A DNA stretch of 64,000 nt from an uncultured Gammaproteobacteria bacterium (GCA_964510885.1 CAZEDL010000004.1:3182-67181), one strand, 5' to 3'; shown: positions 47,916-58,590, counted from the stretch's first letter. Numbers and translations are program-made. The notes: a model not told the origin generated them from the letters alone.

Positions 47916-48944
47916 ATGCCTAAGCGTCATTTTCTCCTGGCTTCACCTACCATGTTGGAGACCGCTCTGGAAACCCAGCAGTCACTGATTGCCATGGGCG
48001 ACGAGCGTTTCGAAGTCGCAGAAATCGAATGTGCAACATTCACCGATCGTGAAAGATGGGTCCGGGTCCCAAAAGGTCTACAACTATCGACTGCCGTACC
48101 CATACTTGAGAGCTGTACTGACCCCAATGCAGACCTGTGGCAACAGCTCTTCACGATAGATGCACTAGAAGGTGCCGGGGTCAGCCACACCATCCTGTGC
48201 ACACCTAAACTAGTTTACGACCGAGCTGACCGAGTCGCGAACCCAGGGGAAGCTCTCAGCATGGCAGTGGTAGCCGGATGCTTCAAGCAGTTCCGAACCC
48301 TACGATCCATCGTATGCGTAGAGCCGCACGCCCTACAGATCGCCGGTTTCTACCGCCCCATCACACTTGTGCCTGTGAAGAGCTCCGATATCATGGCTCG
48401 GTACTTCACGGAGTTATTAGGGGGCGACCTAAACCAGGTTGCAGTCGTGTCCCCTGACGCAGGCGCGCTCAAGCGGGCCAGAAAATTCAGGAACCGCCTG
48501 AAGCTGCGCACTGCTGTAGGGAGTTTGGACAAAGATCGTATCGATGCCACCACTGTGGTGATCCTCGGCTACTCCGGCGACCCAAAAGACATCATGGGCA
48601 AAATCGTCATCCTCTATGACGACATGATCGCGAGTGGGAGCACTGCCATCGAAGCAGCCCAATACCTGATGGAGCTTGGAGCTCGTCAGGTCTACATCGT
48701 GGCTACCCACGGCATCTTCACTCCAAGTCAACGCAAAGACGAGGAGAGACTCTACACCGCCGAAGAACGATTTGAAGCAGCAGGCTTCCCTGTGGTCTTC
48801 ACCAGGACTGTCCCCAAAAAGGAAGGCTGGTATGCAGCGAACCGATGGGCAACAGCACTCCCCATCGGCCAACTTCTAGCCAAAAACATTCACAATATGA
48901 CCACTCCTGGCGGAAGCAACCGCGAAAACTTCGCAGCCCACTAG
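47916..48944 (+). CDS. prs: ribose-phosphate pyrophosphokinase (divergent)
   Basis: YDRADR, VVSPDAGALKRA, LYDDMIASGST, ATHGIF; own TTGACG/TATTAT promoter and AGGAG SD. Confidence 0.85.
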   Translation: MPKRHFLLASPTMLETALETQQSLIAMGDERFEVAEIECATFTDRERWVRVPKGLQLSTAVPILESCTDPNADLWQQLFTIDALEGAGVSHTILCTPKLVYDRADRVANPGEALSMAVVAGCFKQFRTLRSIVCVEPHALQIAGFYRPITLVPVKSSDIMARYFTELLGGDLNQVAVVSPDAGALKRARKFRNRLKLRTAVGSLDKDRIDATTVVILGYSGDPKDIMGKIVILYDDMIASGSTAIEAAQYLMELGARQVYIVATHGIFTPSQRKDEERLYTAEERFEAAGFPVVFTRTVPKKEGWYAANRWATALPIGQLLAKNIHNMTTPGGSNRENFAAH

Positions 48945-49045
48945 CCCCAGCTCATTCCCCCGGTCGAGCCTCCGTCCCCTCCCACCCCTCGACCAAAACC
49001 AAAAACACTCCGAATGATTCGGAGTGTTTTTGTATTCTAACAAAA

Positions 49046-49594
49046 TTATTTTAACCGACCGTGTCTAACCATATACGCCAAGCGCACCACCGCATACGCG
49101 ATAAAATTATTCTCTATTTCTCCTTCAAGAGCCATTTTTTCTGCCTGCTTTATCGGTACAAACCGCCTCTCCAAAATTTCTTCCCCGACATCAAGTGGCA
49201 ACGGGCTCAGCGACAAATCCGTCGCCAAAAAAAGATACACCGGCCAAATCATTTTATCCGAATCCACCGCCTGTTTCCATTGCACCCATTTTTTGGCAGC
49301 ATAGCCCCCTTCTTCGCGGAGCTCACGTTGCGCCGCCTTGCGTGGCAGCTCCTTTTTTTCTACCTGACCAGCGGGTAAAAACCACTCTATCTTTCCATTC
49401 CCAGCGCGACGCTCTCGAATCAATAACAACTCTTGCTTAGTGTTCAGCGCCAAAATGAGCACGCTCGCCGGCCGACTGCAATATTCAAACGTGTCCTTTT
49501 TTCCATTCGGCAACACCACCGGCCGCTGATAAATTGTAAAAATTTTTCCCTGGTACTTTTTCTGTAGTGACCCAAATTTAATTTTTTTAACCAT
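49046..49594 (-). CDS. NUDIX hydrolase (ADP-ribose pyrophosphatase-like)
   Basis: LPAGQVEKKELPRKAAQRELREEGGY Nudix box. Confidence 0.88.
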   Translation of the reverse strand: MVKKIKFGSLQKKYQGKIFTIYQRPVVLPNGKKDTFEYCSRPASVLILALNTKQELLLIRERRAGNGKIEWFLPAGQVEKKELPRKAAQRELREEGGYAAKKWVQWKQAVDSDKMIWPVYLFLATDLSLSPLPLDVGEEILERRFVPIKQAEKMALEGEIENNFIAYAVVRLAYMVRHGRLK

Positions 49595-49605
49595 AAAAAT
49601 CAAAT

Positions 49606-49685
49606 TGTCATTCCCGCGTAGGCGGGAATCTACAATTCAAAACGAGAAGTAAAGCGACTGGATTCCCGCCTACGCGGGAATGACA
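49606..49685. repeat. REP doublet, family A
   Basis: near-perfect inverted pair of TGTCATTCCCGCGTAGGCGGGAATC. Confidence 0.85.
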
Positions 49686-49734
49686 CCAATTTTTATTATT
49701 TCCTATTCCTTGTTCCTTGCTCTTTGTTCCTTTA

Positions 49735-51030
49735 TCAATACCGATAATGCCCGGGCTTGAACGGCCCATTCGCCGGTACACCCAGATACTCGGCCTGTTT
49801 TTTGGTCAACGCGGTCAACTTCGCCCCTAATTTATCCAAGTGCAACCGCGCCACTTCTTCATCCAGCTCTTTCGGGAGTACATACACTTTCCCCTGTTCA
49901 TATTCCCCTTTATTATCCCACAGAGCAAGCTGCGCCAAGACCTGATTGGTAAACGACGTGCTCATCACAAAACTCGGGTGCCCATGCGCATTTCCGAGAT
50001 TCACGAGCCGACCTCGTGATAATAAAATCAGCGCTTTACCATTGTCCCAAATAAATTTATCTACCTGAGGCTTAATATTTTCTTCCGTAATATTTTTTTG
50101 GCTGGTGAGCCAAGCCACATCGATTTCACTATCAAAATGACCAATATTGCACACAATCGCGCCATCTTTCATAGCAGTCATATGTTCGCCCGTAATCACA
50201 TCACAGCAGCCAGTTGCCGTGACAAAAATATCCCCGACAGCGGCCGCCTCATCCATAGTGACCACTTCATACCCTTCCATGGCAGCCTGAAGCGCATTGA
50301 TCGGATCGATCTCAGTGACCAGCACCCGCGCCCCAAACCCGTGCATACTCTGCGCACAGCCCTTGCCCACGTCGCCAAATCCGGCCACCACCACCACTTT
50401 CCCCGCAATCATAATATCCGTGGCGCGCTTGATACCGTCGGCCAAACTTTCGCGACAGCCGTATTTATTATCAAATTTCGATTTGGTTACTGAATCATTC
50501 ACATTGATAGCCGCCGTGCCGAGAGTCTTCTTTTCCATCATCTGGTACAACCGGTGCACGCCAGTGGTCGTTTCTTCCGACACCCCTTTAATATCCTTCA
50601 GCATCTCTGGATGCTTCTCATGCACGAGCACAGTCAAATCACCACCGTCATCAAGTAGCATATTCGGCCCTTTGCCGCCGGCAAACTTCAAACTCTCCTC
50701 GACACACCGCCAATACTCGGCTTCACTTTCACCTTTCCAGGCAAACACCGGGATGCCGGCTGCCGCAATCGCTGCTGCCGCATGATCCTGGGTCGAAAAA
50801 ATATTACAGCTACTCCAGCGCACTTCGGCACCAAGCTCCACTAATGTTTCGATGAGCACGGCCGTCTGAATTGTCATATGCAAACAACCGGCAATTCGCG
50901 CCCCCTTCAAAGGCTTCTTTTTCCCGTGCTGCTGGCGCAGAGCCATAAGCCCAGGCATTTCCTTCTCGGCTAAAATAATCTCTTTGCGCCCCCAGTCGGC
51001 CAGCTTAATATCTGCTACTTTATAATCCAT
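49735..51030 (-). CDS. ahcY: adenosylhomocysteinase
   Basis: [40 protein letters not shown]. Confidence 0.98.
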   Translation of the reverse strand: MDYKVADIKLADWGRKEIILAEKEMPGLMALRQQHGKKKPLKGARIAGCLHMTIQTAVLIETLVELGAEVRWSSCNIFSTQDHAAAAIAAAGIPVFAWKGESEAEYWRCVEESLKFAGGKGPNMLLDDGGDLTVLVHEKHPEMLKDIKGVSEETTTGVHRLYQMMEKKTLGTAAINVNDSVTKSKFDNKYGCRESLADGIKRATDIMIAGKVVVVAGFGDVGKGCAQSMHGFGARVLVTEIDPINALQAAMEGYEVVTMDEAAAVGDIFVTATGCCDVITGEHMTAMKDGAIVCNIGHFDSEIDVAWLTSQKNITEENIKPQVDKFIWDNGKALILLSRGRLVNLGNAHGHPSFVMSTSFTNQVLAQLALWDNKGEYEQGKVYVLPKELDEEVARLHLDKLGAKLTALTKKQAEYLGVPANGPFKPGHYRY

Positions 51031-51066
51031 ACATTTTAATTTTCAATTTATAATTTACAATTTTCA

Positions 51067-51741
51067 CTACCTTACCCGATGCGCACTATGATGCACCCGA
51101 TGCGGAGCTACAGCGCGACGCGGCTTTTTGCCAGATTTCGCAGCTCCCTTTGCCGAATCACCCGAGCGGGTAAATTCTTCTTTAAAAATCCGCACGATAA
51201 AAAAACTGCCAAGCACGGACATGACCCCCACCGCCACAAACAAAAACCGGAATGAAAATTGTTCGGCAATATACCCCCCGAGCCCAGCCGCAGCAGCCGT
51301 TGCCAAACTAATAATCGTATCGTAGACCCCCCATTCATAACCCTGCCGGTCGCGGTTCATGAACCGGGTAAAAATGATGCGCCAACTCGGGAACGACAAT
51401 GCCCCACCGAGCCCGTACAAAAATTGAATCAAATACAATTGCCACAAGGTGGTAGACAGAGCATACCCAAATGGCACAATCGAAATCAAGAGTGACCCGA
51501 TAAACAAAGTTTTTAATTCCCGCCGGTGCCCCTTGTCTTCATCATCCCATTTCCCCACCAGCACCTGAAACGCCGCTTTGGTAAACAACTGAATGGTGAG
51601 CGCCATACCGACCGAAGTCAGCGTGGTACCAGCAATCCCCTGCACCACAAACACGGCAAAAATGGGCTGCAAGAGACCAAAGCTGCCCAAAATAAAAATA
51701 TCCGAAATGATGAGGGTGCGTAAAACACTATGCATTCTCAT
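51067..51741 (-). CDS. half-size MFS-like transporter
   Basis: about 6 TM helices, GKWDD motif-A-like segment, GGYIAEQF. Confidence 0.75.
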   Translation of the reverse strand: MRMHSVLRTLIISDIFILGSFGLLQPIFAVFVVQGIAGTTLTSVGMALTIQLFTKAAFQVLVGKWDDEDKGHRRELKTLFIGSLLISIVPFGYALSTTLWQLYLIQFLYGLGGALSFPSWRIIFTRFMNRDRQGYEWGVYDTIISLATAAAAGLGGYIAEQFSFRFLFVAVGVMSVLGSFFIVRIFKEEFTRSGDSAKGAAKSGKKPRRAVAPHRVHHSAHRVR

Positions 51742-51750
51742 AGCTAATAA

Positions 51751-52695
51751 TTACCAAGTGAGTTCATGACCATATGCCCGCTTAAACCGGGCTTTAAATT
51801 CATCGATTGTAAAGGTGTGTTTCTGCGTGCCATACGTTTCAATCGCATAGCTGGCCGCCACGCTGCCAACTTCGGCGCACTCTTTCCAGCCGAGTCCCTT
51901 TTGCTGCGCTGCCCAAAAACCAGCGCGATACGCATCCCCAGCTCCGGTCGGATCATCGCACGATTGCGGCGCGCACGCCGCCACCTGGATTGGTTCCTGC
52001 CCGCGCACAGTCACAATCGATCCCTGCTCGCCAAGCGTAGTAATCAAAACTTCCGTCTGCTCGAGCATTTCTCGCCCACTCCAACCCGTGCGCTCTTCGA
52101 GCAGTTTCATTTCATAATCATTCCCAATCACCGCATATGATTGCGACACCATTTGCTTCAATTCCACTTCGTTAAAGGCAATAATTTGCTGACCCGGATC
52201 AAACACTGTTTTTATTCCGAGCTCCTTGGCTTCTTTTAAATGCTTAGTCATCACATCGCGGTGGGTAGGGCTCACAAACGCGAGTGTCGGCCGGGGTGTA
52301 ACGGTGGAAAGCGCAACATCAGCCGCACTCTGTAGCGGCCCCGGAAAAAAGGCCGTGATCTGATTGTCATCGCGATCGGTAGTGATGTATCCAGCAGCCG
52401 AAAACACATTAGGGTCTGTGACTATATGTTCGGTATGAATGCCCATCTGCTCAAAATGATCGCGATATTCAGCCGCATCTTTGCCAAGTGCCGACACAAT
52501 GATCGGCTCAGCCCCTAGGAGTTTCAGGGTATAGGCAATATTGCCAGCGGTGCCACCCCGGCTCTGTTCCAACCGATCCACCATAAAACTCACATTCAGG
52601 ATATGGATTTGTTCGGGCAGAATATGATTTTTGAAACTGTCCGGAAAGCCCATGATGTAATCGTAGGCGAGCGAGCCAGAGACCAGAATAGACAT
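51751..52695 (-). CDS. PfkB family kinase, adenosine kinase-like
   Basis: SGSLAYD, GGTAGNIAY, FDPGQ, DPTGAGDAYRAG. Confidence 0.9.
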   Translation of the reverse strand: MSILVSGSLAYDYIMGFPDSFKNHILPEQIHILNVSFMVDRLEQSRGGTAGNIAYTLKLLGAEPIIVSALGKDAAEYRDHFEQMGIHTEHIVTDPNVFSAAGYITTDRDDNQITAFFPGPLQSAADVALSTVTPRPTLAFVSPTHRDVMTKHLKEAKELGIKTVFDPGQQIIAFNEVELKQMVSQSYAVIGNDYEMKLLEERTGWSGREMLEQTEVLITTLGEQGSIVTVRGQEPIQVAACAPQSCDDPTGAGDAYRAGFWAAQQKGLGWKECAEVGSVAASYAIETYGTQKHTFTIDEFKARFKRAYGHELTW

Positions 52696-52813
52696 ATCAT
52701 GAATGATTAAAAAATTGTCGATTTCGCCCTCAGCATATCAAAAAGAGTAAACATTGTCTAACAAAAATCTTCCAGTTTAAGTCTCCGAAAATGGCTAAAC
52801 GGAATTGGTTCGG

Positions 52814-52897
52814 TGTCATTCCCGCGCAGGCGGGAATCCAGAAAAGCAAGGCCGGGGTTAAAAGTGACCGTGGATTCCCGCCTGCGCGGGAATGACA
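52814..52897. repeat. REP doublet, family A
   Basis: inverted pair of TGTCATTCCCGCGCAGGCGGGAATCCA. Confidence 0.85.
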
Positions 52898-52991
52898 ATT
52901 AAAAAATCTCTCCAATTAAGGAGAGACGACAATCAGTTGGGGAACCCGCGGGCGACGATGGTCGCCCGGGGTGGGGGTCAGGTGGGTGGGC

Positions 52992-53321
52992 TTAAGCGAA
53001 GACGGGAGAGAGGAACCTGGCCTCGATCTCAGCAATCTGCGCCTCGAGGAGGAGGCGGACACGCGGATCGTAGGTGTGGCGCTTCAGGTTGCGGCCAGCG
53101 GTCAGCAGACCAATGTCGGCCTTGCGACGCTGCTTCGAGGAGCGAGCACACAAGGCATCCTTCTTAGCCCGCTCGAACCGAAGAGTGAGGATCTCGAGGT
53201 GGTTGGCACGAGCGACCACCTCACTGATCCGTCGGCGACGGCGCTGGTCCCGACGACCTCCGACCCGAAAGTCAGACGAGGTGCAACGACTGTTTCCTGA
53301 ACTTCCATTATGACGTGGCAA
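52992..53321 (-). CDS. small Arg-rich basic hypothetical protein
   Basis: AGGAGG SD 5 nt before TTG 53321; GC-rich; followed by a hairpin. Confidence 0.55.
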   Translation of the reverse strand: MPRHNGSSGNSRCTSSDFRVGGRRDQRRRRRISEVVARANHLEILTLRFERAKKDALCARSSKQRRKADIGLLTAGRNLKRHTYDPRVRLLLEAQIAEIEARFLSPVFA

Positions 53322-53580
53322 AAGCGCCTCCTTATAAAAACCGGCTATAGCCGGCGACACAAATTGCATAAAAAAACTCTATATCATTTGTATCACCGAC
53401 TATTTTCACCTGATTATAAAGCAAAAAACCTCTTTGATAAGGGATTTTTTAGCATTTATAACAATAGAGTGTGACACATTTAAAGAATTTTGTCAACCCA
53501 TAAAAACGCACAGCCAAGCCTAAATAATTCTTGACAACCAAGTACAGTTAGATACCATATGAGAAATAAAAATTTACATT

Positions 53581-53949
53581 ATGCTTCCTTATACCTTCAC
53601 CGCTCCAGTGGTCGCCGGCCACGGCAATGGCGACAAACTAAACGCCCCCACCGCCAATTTTGATCTTTCGTTTGCCACCTCGCTCCAGCGCGGGCTCTAC
53701 ACCTGCACCGCCGCCATGAATGATCAAACTTTCAACGGCCTACTATACTATGGCCACAACTCACTTACCGGCACAGACTGTTTCGAAGTACACTTACTGA
53801 ATTTTTCAGGAAACTTATACGAAAAAAAAATAACGGTCACCGTTGACCGTTATATTCGGCAAGAAAAAAAATTTACTGACGAGGCCAGTCTCAAAGCTCA
53901 AATCGCTACCGATCTTAGCACTGCTGCAGATTATTTTTCCAAAAAATAA
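53581..53949 (+). CDS. stand-alone riboflavin kinase domain
   Basis: GHGNG..L.APTAN, GLY, EVHLLNFSGNLY, IRQEKKF...L.AQI..D. Confidence 0.9.
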   Translation: MLPYTFTAPVVAGHGNGDKLNAPTANFDLSFATSLQRGLYTCTAAMNDQTFNGLLYYGHNSLTGTDCFEVHLLNFSGNLYEKKITVTVDRYIRQEKKFTDEASLKAQIATDLSTAADYFSKK

Positions 53950-54564
53950 TTAAAACCGGCCGCCGACTCCACCCACCACGATCGCTCCGCCCGTCACTCC
54001 GTTATGGTCACTTTCGGCTCCAGGCACGTTAGCCCCTTTCCCCACCACACCTTTTACATCGGCACCAAGCACCAATTTATCGCCAACCAAGTGGGCTTCG
54101 GCACGCACACCGAGAAAAGCTTCTCCCCCCGGAGCTGTCATGCCTGGCCGTAAATCAAGCACTCCTCCAGCTTTTGGCCCCACATAAATCGGAGCTTTCC
54201 CAGTTTTAAATAAAATCGAGGCTTCTGCCCCCACTTCACCGCCGCCAACACCATTTTTATCAAATTTAACTCCACCAAGCACTGCTCCCCCAACGAGCGC
54301 TTCGCCCGGCTTGCCTGGTCGAACATGGGTTTCGGCCCCGACCGCTGCCACGAGCGCACCACTTCCGTGGGTGCTCCCCTCCAAATTAAGATCGACGGTT
54401 ACAGTTGGCCGATGTTTCTCTTTGTGATGACCGGCCTCAGACTTCTTGGCAACTGTCTCCGTACGAGCAGCCGGATGCGTTTCGGCTTGGGCCTTGCTTA
54501 CCTCACCTCCGCTAAGAGCAGCGGCGAGGGCGGCAGCCGCAGCAAATTCTGGTCCTCGTCTCAT
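53950..54564 (-). CDS. secreted beta-strand-rich protein with C-terminal Phe (beta-barrel-like)
   Basis: A-rich leader, about 8 alternating amphipathic strands, ends GVGGRF; start moved to ATG 54564. Confidence 0.6.
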   Translation of the reverse strand: MRRGPEFAAAAALAAALSGGEVSKAQAETHPAARTETVAKKSEAGHHKEKHRPTVTVDLNLEGSTHGSGALVAAVGAETHVRPGKPGEALVGGAVLGGVKFDKNGVGGGEVGAEASILFKTGKAPIYVGPKAGGVLDLRPGMTAPGGEAFLGVRAEAHLVGDKLVLGADVKGVVGKGANVPGAESDHNGVTGGAIVVGGVGGRF

Positions 54565-54662
54565 ATAGTTAAAAATAAAGGATAAAAGCATCCTACTATT
54601 CCACAAAACACCGCATTTGTCAATCTATTTTTTAAAAAATACCTGTAATTAGGGCCTTTATT

Positions 54663-55439
54663 CTAAAAAATAAACCACCAAAGTGCCAGCGCCGCCACTA
54701 TCCGATAGATTCCAAACACTTGAAACGAATGACTGCGCACATACCTCAAAAGCCACTTCACCACCCCGAGAGCTACTACAAATGACACTATAAATCCCAC
54801 TGCCAAGACCAATCGCCCCTCAGGAACCAACAGCTCTTTATAATTTTTAATCACATCAAGGCCGCTTGCCGCCGCCATCGTCGGAATTGCGAGTAAAAAA
54901 GAAAATTCCACCGCTGACTCCCGACTAAATCCAAGTGCCATCGACCCCACAATCGTGGCCCCCGAACGCGACACCCCCGGAATCATTGCTACTGCCTGGC
55001 TAAGGCCAATAATCACTGCCTGCCGATAACTCATCTCGCCAAGCGACTTGGGGGCAACCTCCTGCTTCCGTACCAGCCGCTCAAAAACGATTAATACCAC
55101 GCCCCCGATAGCCAAAGCGCCAATCACCACCGCCACATTTCCGAGTAAGTACTGTTTAATTATTTTATAAAACAAGAGACCCAGTGCCCCCGTTGGTAAA
55201 AATGCGACCGCCACTTTTTTTAACAACGGCCAATCAACCAAGAGGCGTCGCGCATACAACACCACGATCGCCAAAATCGCACCCAGCTGGATCACCACCT
55301 CAAAGCTCTTCATGAATTCCGAATTCGGCAGCTTGAGTAGCGCTCCGGCAGCAATCAAATGTCCAGTCGAGGAGATCGGCAAAAATTCCGTCACTCCTTC
55401 TATTATCCCCAAAACTACTGCCTGAAAAATAGATGGCAT
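54663..55439 (-). CDS. uppP: undecaprenyl-diphosphate phosphatase
   Basis: EGVTEFLPISSTGH, IQLGAILA, PGVSRSGATI, EFSFLLAIP. Confidence 0.96.
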   Translation of the reverse strand: MPSIFQAVVLGIIEGVTEFLPISSTGHLIAAGALLKLPNSEFMKSFEVVIQLGAILAIVVLYARRLLVDWPLLKKVAVAFLPTGALGLLFYKIIKQYLLGNVAVVIGALAIGGVVLIVFERLVRKQEVAPKSLGEMSYRQAVIIGLSQAVAMIPGVSRSGATIVGSMALGFSRESAVEFSFLLAIPTMAAASGLDVIKNYKELLVPEGRLVLAVGFIVSFVVALGVVKWLLRYVRSHSFQVFGIYRIVAALALWWFIF

Positions 55440-55485
55440 ATTTAAAAATTTTATAAACTTCTTAGTCCCGATGGACTTAGTCAAA

Positions 55486-55631
55486 ACTTACGCGCTTGGG
55501 ACAATTGTCATCCTGAACGTAGTGAAGGATCCCTTAACGCTAACTTATTACTACTGTTAACTATAAGGGATTCCCCCAAAGGGACGGCTCCGGGGTTCGT
55601 TTCACTCAGAATAACAGTTGAACGGGTAAGT
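55486..55631. repeat. REPIN/MITE-like element, family B
   Basis: ACTTACGCG/CGGGTAAGT ends; spacer CCCTTAACGCTAACTT...ACTATAAGGGA shared with 43813. Confidence 0.75.
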
Positions 55632-55645
55632 CGTGTTAGTAAAAA

Positions 55646-56257
55646 CTACTTATTCAAAATCTTCTCCTCTTTCCGTGCGATCAAAATCGCCGCCACCGCC
55701 ACTATCAATCCCAAAAACAAGACTTGCAGCGTCCCCGTCAAATGCCGCGCCCGCTCCCACGCCTGCCCAAAAAAATAACCAAACAAAATATAGGTCGGCG
55801 CAAACAGCAGCGCACTCGTTATATTATACAAAAAAAATTCCCGGCTGCGCATCTTGGTAAGCCCGGCCACAAACGGAATCACCGGCCGGAGCGGCCCGAT
55901 AAACCGGGCCAGCACCACACTCTTGTTACCATTCCGTTCAAAAAATCGCACCCCTTTATCGAGATATTCTAGCTTAAACCAACGGCTACCCGGCGTAAAC
56001 CACACTGTCCCCTGGCGGCCCAAATAAAAGCTAATCGCATCCCCAATCACGCTCCCGATAATAACCGGGATCATCAAATCCACCACTCCCACCCGGCCCT
56101 GAGCTGCAAAAATTCCGACCACAATAATAATGGTAGTACCCGGTACAAACAAGCCAATAAATGCCAACGACTCCAAGATTGAAACAAAAAACAACAGGCC
56201 GTAAATCCACGGGCCGGCCTGTTGAAAAGTAGTCAGTAAAAAATGAATCGGACGCAT
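55646..56257 (-). CDS. DedA family membrane protein
   Basis: ESLAFIGLFVPG, GDAISFYLGR, ARFIGPLRPVIPFVAG. Confidence 0.93.
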   Translation of the reverse strand: MRPIHFLLTTFQQAGPWIYGLLFFVSILESLAFIGLFVPGTTIIIVVGIFAAQGRVGVVDLMIPVIIGSVIGDAISFYLGRQGTVWFTPGSRWFKLEYLDKGVRFFERNGNKSVVLARFIGPLRPVIPFVAGLTKMRSREFFLYNITSALLFAPTYILFGYFFGQAWERARHLTGTLQVLFLGLIVAVAAILIARKEEKILNK

Positions 56258-56283
56258 AGGCTACGGTGTCGGCACAATTACCG

Positions 56284-56838
56284 CTACCGCTCACTTCTAT
56301 TAAAACGTTCCTGCAACCAGCGAAACAACCCCTGGTATTGTTCATCATGTGGTACTAGGCTCTCATCTCGGTCACCAACTAATCGAGCCAATTCTTCATG
56401 ATGCACAAACCGCACCGCCGCCACTTCGTCGGCCTGAAGCACACATGCTTCAATCGGTGTATCTATTTCTGCCGCATACACGTGGGCCAATTCCCGGGCC
56501 GGATGCAGACGATCAGGAAACGGAAAAATCTCTTTGGTAGTAAATAAAAAGGTAAACGCGTCTTCTGGCACATCAAGGCCAATCTCTTCGAGAGTCTCCT
56601 GCCGGGCGGTAGCCAGAGGCGTCGCCCCAGCCACCACATGCCCCGCACTCGAGCTATTCCACTTCAGCGGATTACCATCTTTATGCACCGAACGCTGCTG
56701 AATTAGCACCTCACCGTGCCGGTTAAACAACCATACATCCACAGTCAGATGCCAATCACCATCGCGATGCACCTCATGACGCGGTTTTACCTCTCCCGTT
56801 GGGTTCCCCGCTTCATCACACACTTCTAGATATTCCAT
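56284..56838 (-). CDS. NUDIX hydrolase (IDI-like)
   Basis: VHRDGDWH, QQRS..KD, AGHV, RQETLEEIGL, LQADEV. Confidence 0.85.
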   Translation of the reverse strand: MEYLEVCDEAGNPTGEVKPRHEVHRDGDWHLTVDVWLFNRHGEVLIQQRSVHKDGNPLKWNSSSAGHVVAGATPLATARQETLEEIGLDVPEDAFTFLFTTKEIFPFPDRLHPARELAHVYAAEIDTPIEACVLQADEVAAVRFVHHEELARLVGDRDESLVPHDEQYQGLFRWLQERFNRSER

Positions 56839-56987
56839 ACCATTATACTCGACGTTCCGGAGCGTAAATAAAAATAACGCTAGACATTTTTTAACGTTAT
56901 CACACCCGCACCTAGAATACTAGTCAAGCGCTTGTCAGAGATACCTAAATAAGCTATATTTCCGCTTGTAATTCTTAGCCTTTTTCT

Positions 56988-57674
56988 ATGCAAAATAGCG
57001 ATCTCGTCACCAGACTACAATCCCTCATTGCCGACAAACACCTGCTCCAGCACCCCTTCTATCAGCACTGGGAAAAAGGCACTCTCCCCAAAGAAGTACT
57101 GGCCAAATATGCCGAACAATATTACCACTTAGAACGCAACTTCCCCCGCTTCCTCAGCCAGATCCACACCAACTGCGATGACCCAGCCCTCCGCCAGACC
57201 ATTACCGACAATCTATACGACGAAGAGCATGGCCAGAATAACCACCGCGAGCTCTGGCTGCGCTTTGCCGAGGCCGTGGGTGCATCCCGGGCAGAAGTAG
57301 AAAATTCTGTTCCGCTGCCAGAAACGGAGGCCACCCTCCACACTTTCACCACGCTTAGCCAAACGTCATCTTTGGCCGGCATCTCTGGCCTCGCTGCCTA
57401 CGAACACCAGATTCCAGCTGTCGCCACCAAAAAAATCGAGGGCTTAGAAAAAAATTACGGTATTACCGATGATCGCGGGCTAGCCTTCTTTCGAGTACAT
57501 GGCATAGTTGATGTCGATCATGCCAATGCCTGGTGGGACGCGATCGCTAAAGACGCCACCACTCCGGAACAAGCCGCGGAAGCAGAGCAGAGCGTGATCA
57601 CTGGACGCGATGCCCTGTGGAATTTTTTAACCGGTGTCTGCCGCGCCTATTTCCCACAAGCTTTGGCTTGTTAA
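56988..57674 (+). CDS. CADD-family (TenA/PqqC-like diiron) protein, putative pABA synthase
   Basis: LLQHPFY..W, NLYDEE....NH.ELW, AYE.QIP.VA.KKIEGL, FF.VH...D..H; first gene before folP. Confidence 0.85.
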   Translation: MQNSDLVTRLQSLIADKHLLQHPFYQHWEKGTLPKEVLAKYAEQYYHLERNFPRFLSQIHTNCDDPALRQTITDNLYDEEHGQNNHRELWLRFAEAVGASRAEVENSVPLPETEATLHTFTTLSQTSSLAGISGLAAYEHQIPAVATKKIEGLEKNYGITDDRGLAFFRVHGIVDVDHANAWWDAIAKDATTPEQAAEAEQSVITGRDALWNFLTGVCRAYFPQALAC

Positions 57675-57695
57675 GAGCTTGAAGAGCTATACAGC

Positions 57696-57748
57696 TGTCA
57701 TTCTCGCGCATCCGCCTCCGCCATTTGGCGGATGGCGGAGGGAATCCA
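57696..57748. repeat. family A REP variant with a nested TCCGCC/GGCGGA hairpin
   Basis: TGTCATTCTCGC...TCCGCCTCCGCCATTTGGCGGATGGCGGA..GGAATCCA. Confidence 0.65.
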
Positions 57749-57779
57749 GCAATCACCATAGACGTCGAAACTAAAAAAC

Positions 57780-58586
57780 ATGGACTTCTCTCCAAAAAAA
57801 ACCCAAATCATGGGGGTGCTCAACGTCACCCCCGATTCTTTTTTTGATGGCGGACAGTGGCACGGTGATCTCGATCGAACCCTCGCCCATGCTGAAGAAT
57901 TGATTGCCGCTGGCGCCGATTACCTAGATATCGGCGGCGAAAGCTCACGCCCCGGCGCCACTCCAGTCCCGGAAGACGAAGAATTACAGCGCGTAATTCC
58001 GCTTATTGAGAAGCTCAGGGCCATATCGCACGTTCCTATTTCTATCGACACCTATAAACCAAGGGTGGCCAAAGCCGCATTGGCGGCAGGAGCTAGCATC
58101 ATCAACGACATCACTGGCCTCACCGATCCAGCCATGCGCAAAGTAGCTGCTGAATATAACGCCCCGGTGATTATCATGCACATGCTCGGTCGCCCGCAAA
58201 CCATGCAACAAAACCCTACCTATACCGATGTCGTGGCCGACATCTCGCACTTCTTTACTACCCAAATTAAACTGGCTACAGTCGCCGGCATTACCAACAT
58301 TATCCTCGATCCCGGGCTCGGCTTTGGCAAAACCCTTGAGCACAACCTAACGATTATAAAACGCCTGCACGAATTCACCGCTCTTGGCTATCCTGTTCTC
58401 ATTGGCCCCTCACGTAAATCATTCATTGGCACAGTAACTGGCAACCTCCCACCGGCAGAGCGTCTTGAAGGCACCATCGCCGCTGCGGTTATGAGCGCAT
58501 TAAACGGCGCTAATATTATTAGGGTCCATGATGTAAAAGAATGCAAACGAGCACTGCAGGTTGCGGATGCGGTAAAAAATTATTAA
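57780..58586 (+). CDS. folP: dihydropteroate synthase
   Basis: MGVLNVTPDSF, IGGESSRPG, SIDT, LDPGLGFGK, SRKSF, RVHDV. Confidence 0.97.
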   Translation: MDFSPKKTQIMGVLNVTPDSFFDGGQWHGDLDRTLAHAEELIAAGADYLDIGGESSRPGATPVPEDEELQRVIPLIEKLRAISHVPISIDTYKPRVAKAALAAGASIINDITGLTDPAMRKVAAEYNAPVIIMHMLGRPQTMQQNPTYTDVVADISHFFTTQIKLATVAGITNIILDPGLGFGKTLEHNLTIIKRLHEFTALGYPVLIGPSRKSFIGTVTGNLPPAERLEGTIAAAVMSALNGANIIRVHDVKECKRALQVADAVKNY

Positions 58587-58590
58587 TACC

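Noticed and set aside
39767-52897. Palindromic repeats as a CRISPR array
   Set aside because: They are dispersed singles or inverted doublets, not regularly spaced direct repeats, and no cas genes are present.
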